Position numbers and translations under genes: made by a program. Below the pieces are notes generated by a model. It saw only the letters and a program-made list of their open reading frames with translations, searched no databases and was not told where the DNA came from. Shown here in pieces: positions 50,646 through 54,050 of a stretch of DNA of 54,050 bases; within the stretch, counting starts at the first letter, position 1; every line of letters starts with the position of its first letter. The stretch comes from an uncultured Gammaproteobacteria bacterium (GTDB taxonomy: Bacteria > Patescibacteriota > Patescibacteriia > Patescibacteriales > WJLG01): NCBI GenBank assembly GCA_964547855.1, contig CAZJPG010000004.1:1-54050 (forward strand), given 5' to 3'.

Positions 50646-52748
50646 TTATTCTAAATGTATCTCATTGCCAAGGCCTTCGATCTTTTCTTTTAGTAGTAAA
50701 TGTTTTTCTAGTTTTGGGTCTTGGTCTAATAATTTACTGGCTTCTTCTTGGGCTTGTTGCATTAGCTCGTAATCAAAAAGAGTGGCGACCTTGAATTCTG
50801 GGAAGCCTGATTGAGCCGTGCCGTAGATCTCTCCGGAGCCGCGGAATTTGAGGTCCATTTCCGACAAAGAAAAACCATCCGCATATTTTTCCATGACTGA
50901 CAATCTTCTTTTTTGTCCTTGGTCGTCGTCGCTGGTAAATAGAAAACAATATGATTGTTCGGCACCGCGTCCGACGCGGCCGCGAAATTGGTGGAGTTGG
51001 GCCAAGCCAAACCTCTCCGCCCCTTCTATCATCATGATCGTGGCATTGGGAACGTCTACGCCGACCTCGATGACGGAAGTTGAGATAAGTATTTTTGTCT
51101 TTCCTTCTAAAAATTCAGTCATTATCTTTTCTTTTTCGGCAGGTTTTAATTTGCCGTGCAACATGGCCGTCGGTATCTCTGGGAATATTTGTTTGTCTAG
51201 TTTTTCGTATTCGCTTTTGACCGCTTTAGCTCCAAAGAAGTCTGATTCTTCTATGAGGGGGCAAACGACAAAGGCTTGTCTTCCTTTTTTTATTTCTTGG
51301 CGAATAAAATCATAGGCAGCTTGGCGCTTGTCTTCGGCGACTAGTTTGGTCAAAATCGGTTTTCTGCCGCTTGGCATTTGTCTGATCAACGATACGTCGA
51401 GATCTCCGAATAGTATCAAAGCCAATGAGCGAGGTATTGGAGTTGCGGTCATGGATAAAAGATGAGGTTCTTTTTTGCTGCCGGATTTTGATAATAAGGT
51501 TTTTCTTTGCTCGACTCCGAAGCGGTGTTGTTCATCGATGACGGCTAGGGCTAATTTTTTGAATTTAACATCTTTTTGCACTAAGGCATGCGTACCGATG
51601 ATGATGTCTATTTCCCCGTTTTTTATAGTTTTGATAAGTTCTGCCCGCGACAATGATTTTTCCTCTTCTTTTAATTGATTGGAAAAATTGGAGTTAGTCA
51701 TTCGATAGCTATTGGTCAAAATAGCGATTTTGAGCGGAAAGTCTTTGAATAGACGGCAAATAGAATTGAAATGTTGTCGTGCTAATATTTCCGTTGGAGC
51801 CATCAATACGCCTTGAAAGCCGTTTAAAGCGACATTTAATAAAGCGAGTGCGGCCACCAATGTTTTGCCTGAACCTACGTCACCATTAAGGAGTCGTGAC
51901 ATTGGCATTCCTGTTTCCATTTCCTGTAGCATACGCCAAGCGGCCTTTTTTTGGTCGTCGGTAAGTTGAAATGGAAGAGAGGATACGAAGTCTTTGGTCT
52001 CTTTTTCTTTAAAGATGATCTTTTCCGCATTTGATTTGGCTCGTTGTCGTTTGAAAGATTGCGATCTTAGTTGAGCTAGAAAAATTTCGTCAAAGGCTAA
52101 ACGGCGGCGCGCTTGTGATGATTCGTCGAAATTCTTTGGGAAGTGTATTTTTTCTAGAGCCTCGTCTATTGGCAAGAGTCCTAATGCGCTAAGAGTGCCT
52201 GCCGGCAGAGTTTCTTTTAATTCTTTAGTAGCTGGCAGTATTTGCTTAATGAAAAAACGAAGCTGCTTTTGAGTCAGGTTTTCCGTAGTATGGTATATCG
52301 GTACTAAGCCTTGAGTGTGAGTAGGGGATAAGGTGCTTATTTTTTCATAAGCCGGTGAGACCATGGTCATAATCCCTCCCTCATCCTTAACTTCCCCAGC
52401 CAAAGACACTCTGTCTCCTGGCTTAAGATTTTTAGCGATAAACGGTTGATTGAACCAGATCACTTTAACTCCTTCCGTGTCATCTCTTACTAAGGCCTCG
52501 GTGATATACATTCGACGGCGATGGGCGCGGCGGTTGTTTATTAGTTCGAGTTCGCCGATGATGTTGGCTTTTTTGCCTGGCACTAAATCTTTTATTTTTA
52601 AGCTTTGAGAGAAGTCGTCATAACGAAAAGGCAAATGCCAAAGCAAGTCTTGGATGGTCTCAAGACCCAGAGTTTTAAGTGATTTGGCTATTTTAGGGCC
52701 GATCTTCGGCAACCCTGATAGTTTGGCGGAAAGTTCCATAATATCCAA
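50646..52748 (-). CDS. recG: ATP-dependent DNA helicase RecG
   Basis: RLLNGDVGSGKT, IDEQHRFG, MTATPIPR, QLHQFRGRVGRG, D..FRGSGE. Confidence 0.96.
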   Translation of the reverse strand: MDIMELSAKLSGLPKIGPKIAKSLKTLGLETIQDLLWHLPFRYDDFSQSLKIKDLVPGKKANIIGELELINNRRAHRRRMYITEALVRDDTEGVKVIWFNQPFIAKNLKPGDRVSLAGEVKDEGGIMTMVSPAYEKISTLSPTHTQGLVPIYHTTENLTQKQLRFFIKQILPATKELKETLPAGTLSALGLLPIDEALEKIHFPKNFDESSQARRRLAFDEIFLAQLRSQSFKRQRAKSNAEKIIFKEKETKDFVSSLPFQLTDDQKKAAWRMLQEMETGMPMSRLLNGDVGSGKTLVAALALLNVALNGFQGVLMAPTEILARQHFNSICRLFKDFPLKIAILTNSYRMTNSNFSNQLKEEEKSLSRAELIKTIKNGEIDIIIGTHALVQKDVKFKKLALAVIDEQHRFGVEQRKTLLSKSGSKKEPHLLSMTATPIPRSLALILFGDLDVSLIRQMPSGRKPILTKLVAEDKRQAAYDFIRQEIKKGRQAFVVCPLIEESDFFGAKAVKSEYEKLDKQIFPEIPTAMLHGKLKPAEKEKIMTEFLEGKTKILISTSVIEVGVDVPNATIMMIEGAERFGLAQLHQFRGRVGRGAEQSYCFLFTSDDDQGQKRRLSVMEKYADGFSLSEMDLKFRGSGEIYGTAQSGFPEFKVATLFDYELMQQAQEEASKLLDQDPKLEKHLLLKEKIEGLGNEIHLE

Positions 52749-52776
52749 TTCTACCTTATTTTTTAAGGTTTTTCAA

Positions 52777-52818
52777 TAAAAAAATCCGCCCACAGAAGAT
52801 TCGACTTCTTGGCGGATT
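52777..52818 (-). terminator. Terminator after the pyrF-like gene
   Basis: aatccgcc/ggcggatt stem with a minus-strand T-tract. Confidence 0.7.
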
Positions 52819-52830
52819 CATGAGACTTAT

Positions 52831-53700
52831 TCAATGTACGGGTGCATGCTTGGTGTTTTTACTGGCTGGGCTTATTTGATTCGATTCAGCATCGACTCTT
52901 TTTAGTCTGTCTTTTACTTGCAGGGCATGAGCTATCTCGACCATTATTCTGAAGACGTCTTTTTCGGTCGCATAGAGACCATTTTGGTTTACGATTGGTT
53001 TGTCGATCAGTAAATAGTCAGCCCCGTCTTTAATAGCATTGAACGGGGTTATTGTCCTTTGATGAACGCTAGGGGTTGCTTCGTCAGGAACTACATTGGT
53101 AGCGATCTTTAATATGCCATCAAAGGAGCTACTGTCATAGCTTTTTAATAAATAAGGCTTGCAGATTACGCCATCCAAGTTCGCTCTTTGAACGTAGCCG
53201 TTGAACGTGATCATTCTGCGATCGACGTCGCCGAAATTCGATGTCGCCAAAGAATGCTCCATGTGGGGCGGTATCGTCACTCCGAAAACGAGTGGTCGTG
53301 GCGAGCTGAAAATAGAATCTTCCGTGACATTGTGGTCGTCAGAAAATTTCTTTTCATTCTTGCTTATGGTTTCCATAAAAGCTTTCATCGAATTGTAGCC
53401 TGCGGAGCACTGTATGTTTACCATGGCTACCCCCGATGTCCTTAATTTTTCCGCGCAGGATATCATTTGTTGCGGCGGTAAGTTAAGGTTAAAATCCAAG
53501 AAAGCTTTGACGTTCTTATTCCTGAAGGTCATTAATATTAACTCCAAGGAATGGGATATTAGCATTGATGGGTTAATGCAGAAATATCCGGCCATATTAG
53601 AGATGGCTTCCAGTGTATTGTTTATCTCTTTAAGGGTGTTTAAGTGACGTATGTCTACTATTATTCTGTTTTTGACTCGCGCCCTTAAGGCTTCTTCCAT
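52831..53700 (-). CDS. OMP-decarboxylase (PyrF)-fold protein lacking catalytic residues
   Basis: GGAGG SD; collinear PyrF landmarks (MVNIQCSAG, LDGVIC, QRTITP.NAI.DGADYLLI), but DxKxxD is replaced by DFNLNL. Confidence 0.7.
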   Translation of the reverse strand: MEEALRARVKNRIIVDIRHLNTLKEINNTLEAISNMAGYFCINPSMLISHSLELILMTFRNKNVKAFLDFNLNLPPQQMISCAEKLRTSGVAMVNIQCSAGYNSMKAFMETISKNEKKFSDDHNVTEDSIFSSPRPLVFGVTIPPHMEHSLATSNFGDVDRRMITFNGYVQRANLDGVICKPYLLKSYDSSSFDGILKIATNVVPDEATPSVHQRTITPFNAIKDGADYLLIDKPIVNQNGLYATEKDVFRIMVEIAHALQVKDRLKRVDAESNQISPASKNTKHAPVH

Positions 53701-53757
53701 AGTACCTCCAGTTACACAATTGATTGTTTTTTAATGATCATTTTTGATTTTCGTTTT

Positions 53758-53786
53758 AATTTAACATAAAACATTATTTTTAGCAA
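53758..53786 (-). promoter_or_regulatory. Candidate promoter for the pyrF-like gene
   Basis: Minus strand TTGCTA-17 bp-TAAATT with TG extension. Confidence 0.5.
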
Positions 53787-53810
53787 GTTCTAGTGTTATT
53801 TTCGTAGCCT

Positions 53811-54050
53811 CTCGACCAAACTGGACGCCCAAAACAAAAACAGCCTTGCGGCCGTTTTGTTTGTGCGCCCAGTAGGAATCGAAGGGCGTAAAGCCCGTCT
53901 CCCCTGGAAGGACTTATTACCTATTTTTATTTTTTTGCATCTATTTTTGGTTTACGACTTTGCCTATTAGTAGTCTTCCTTTTAGTAGATTCTCAACCAA
54001 ACTGGACGCCCAAAACAAAAACAGCCTTGCGGCCGTTTTGTTTGTGCGCC
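53811..54050. repeat. 59-bp direct repeat (53811-53869 and 53992-54050)
   Basis: ctc(g/a)accaaactggacgcccaaaacaaaaacagccttgcggccgttttgtttgtgcgcc; one mismatch; second copy cut off by the window end. Confidence 0.92.
53864..53883 (-). pseudogene. tRNA 3'-end fragment (T-loop to discriminator)
   Basis: Minus strand TTCGATTCCTACTGGGCGCA; no matching 5' half upstream; acceptor stem resembles tRNA-Arg. Confidence 0.7.

Noticed and set aside
53864-53935. Complete tRNA gene
   Set aside because: No 5' acceptor strand, D-arm or matching T-stem; only the 3' fragment is present
53811-54050. CRISPR array
   Set aside because: Only two copies, 59 bp long with a ~122-bp spacer; they contain a tRNA end; no cas genes are present
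1-54050. Alternative genetic code (UGA=Gly, as in Gracilibacteria/Absconditabacteria)
   Set aside because: Conserved genes are full-length under code 11 and several end at TGA (e.g. recJ, rsmA)

Overview
Chromosomal segment of a probable Patescibacteria/CPR bacterium (Parcubacteria-like; standard code 11). The taxonomy is inferred from gene content: CPR-type pilin, a LeuRS with an inserted domain, an ADP-forming acetyl-CoA synthetase plus the four PFOR subunits, and core genes that mostly lack Shine-Dalgarno sequences. Core genes are murJ, lepA, recJ, RNase HI, porG/D/A/B, xth, tspO, leuS, rsmA, radA and recG. Positions ~27.3-48.5 kb carry a T4SS-like locus (VirB6/TrbL, PrgI, VirB4, VirB8-like, DsbA) preceded by a 2757-aa Cys-rich exported protein; no relaxase, coupling protein or integrase is visible. 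Most unusual observations: (1) a T-box riboswitch controlling an orphan protein that resembles a stripped class Ic aaRS/CDPS catalytic domain; (2) a VirB2-like pilin fused to a Hedgehog-like/M15 zinc peptidase domain, lying between porA and porB; (3) LeuRS with an in-frame nucleotidyltransferase insertion; (4) a catalytically dead PyrF paralogue; (5) self-contained accessory cassettes that look like diderm-type proteins (a beta-barrel and a beta-propeller with a T9SS-like tail); (6) a GC-rich inverted-repeat element, heptamer-repeat hairpins, unannotated small ORFs and a duplicated tRNA 3'-end scar. All family calls come from motif recognition by eye; no database search was run.
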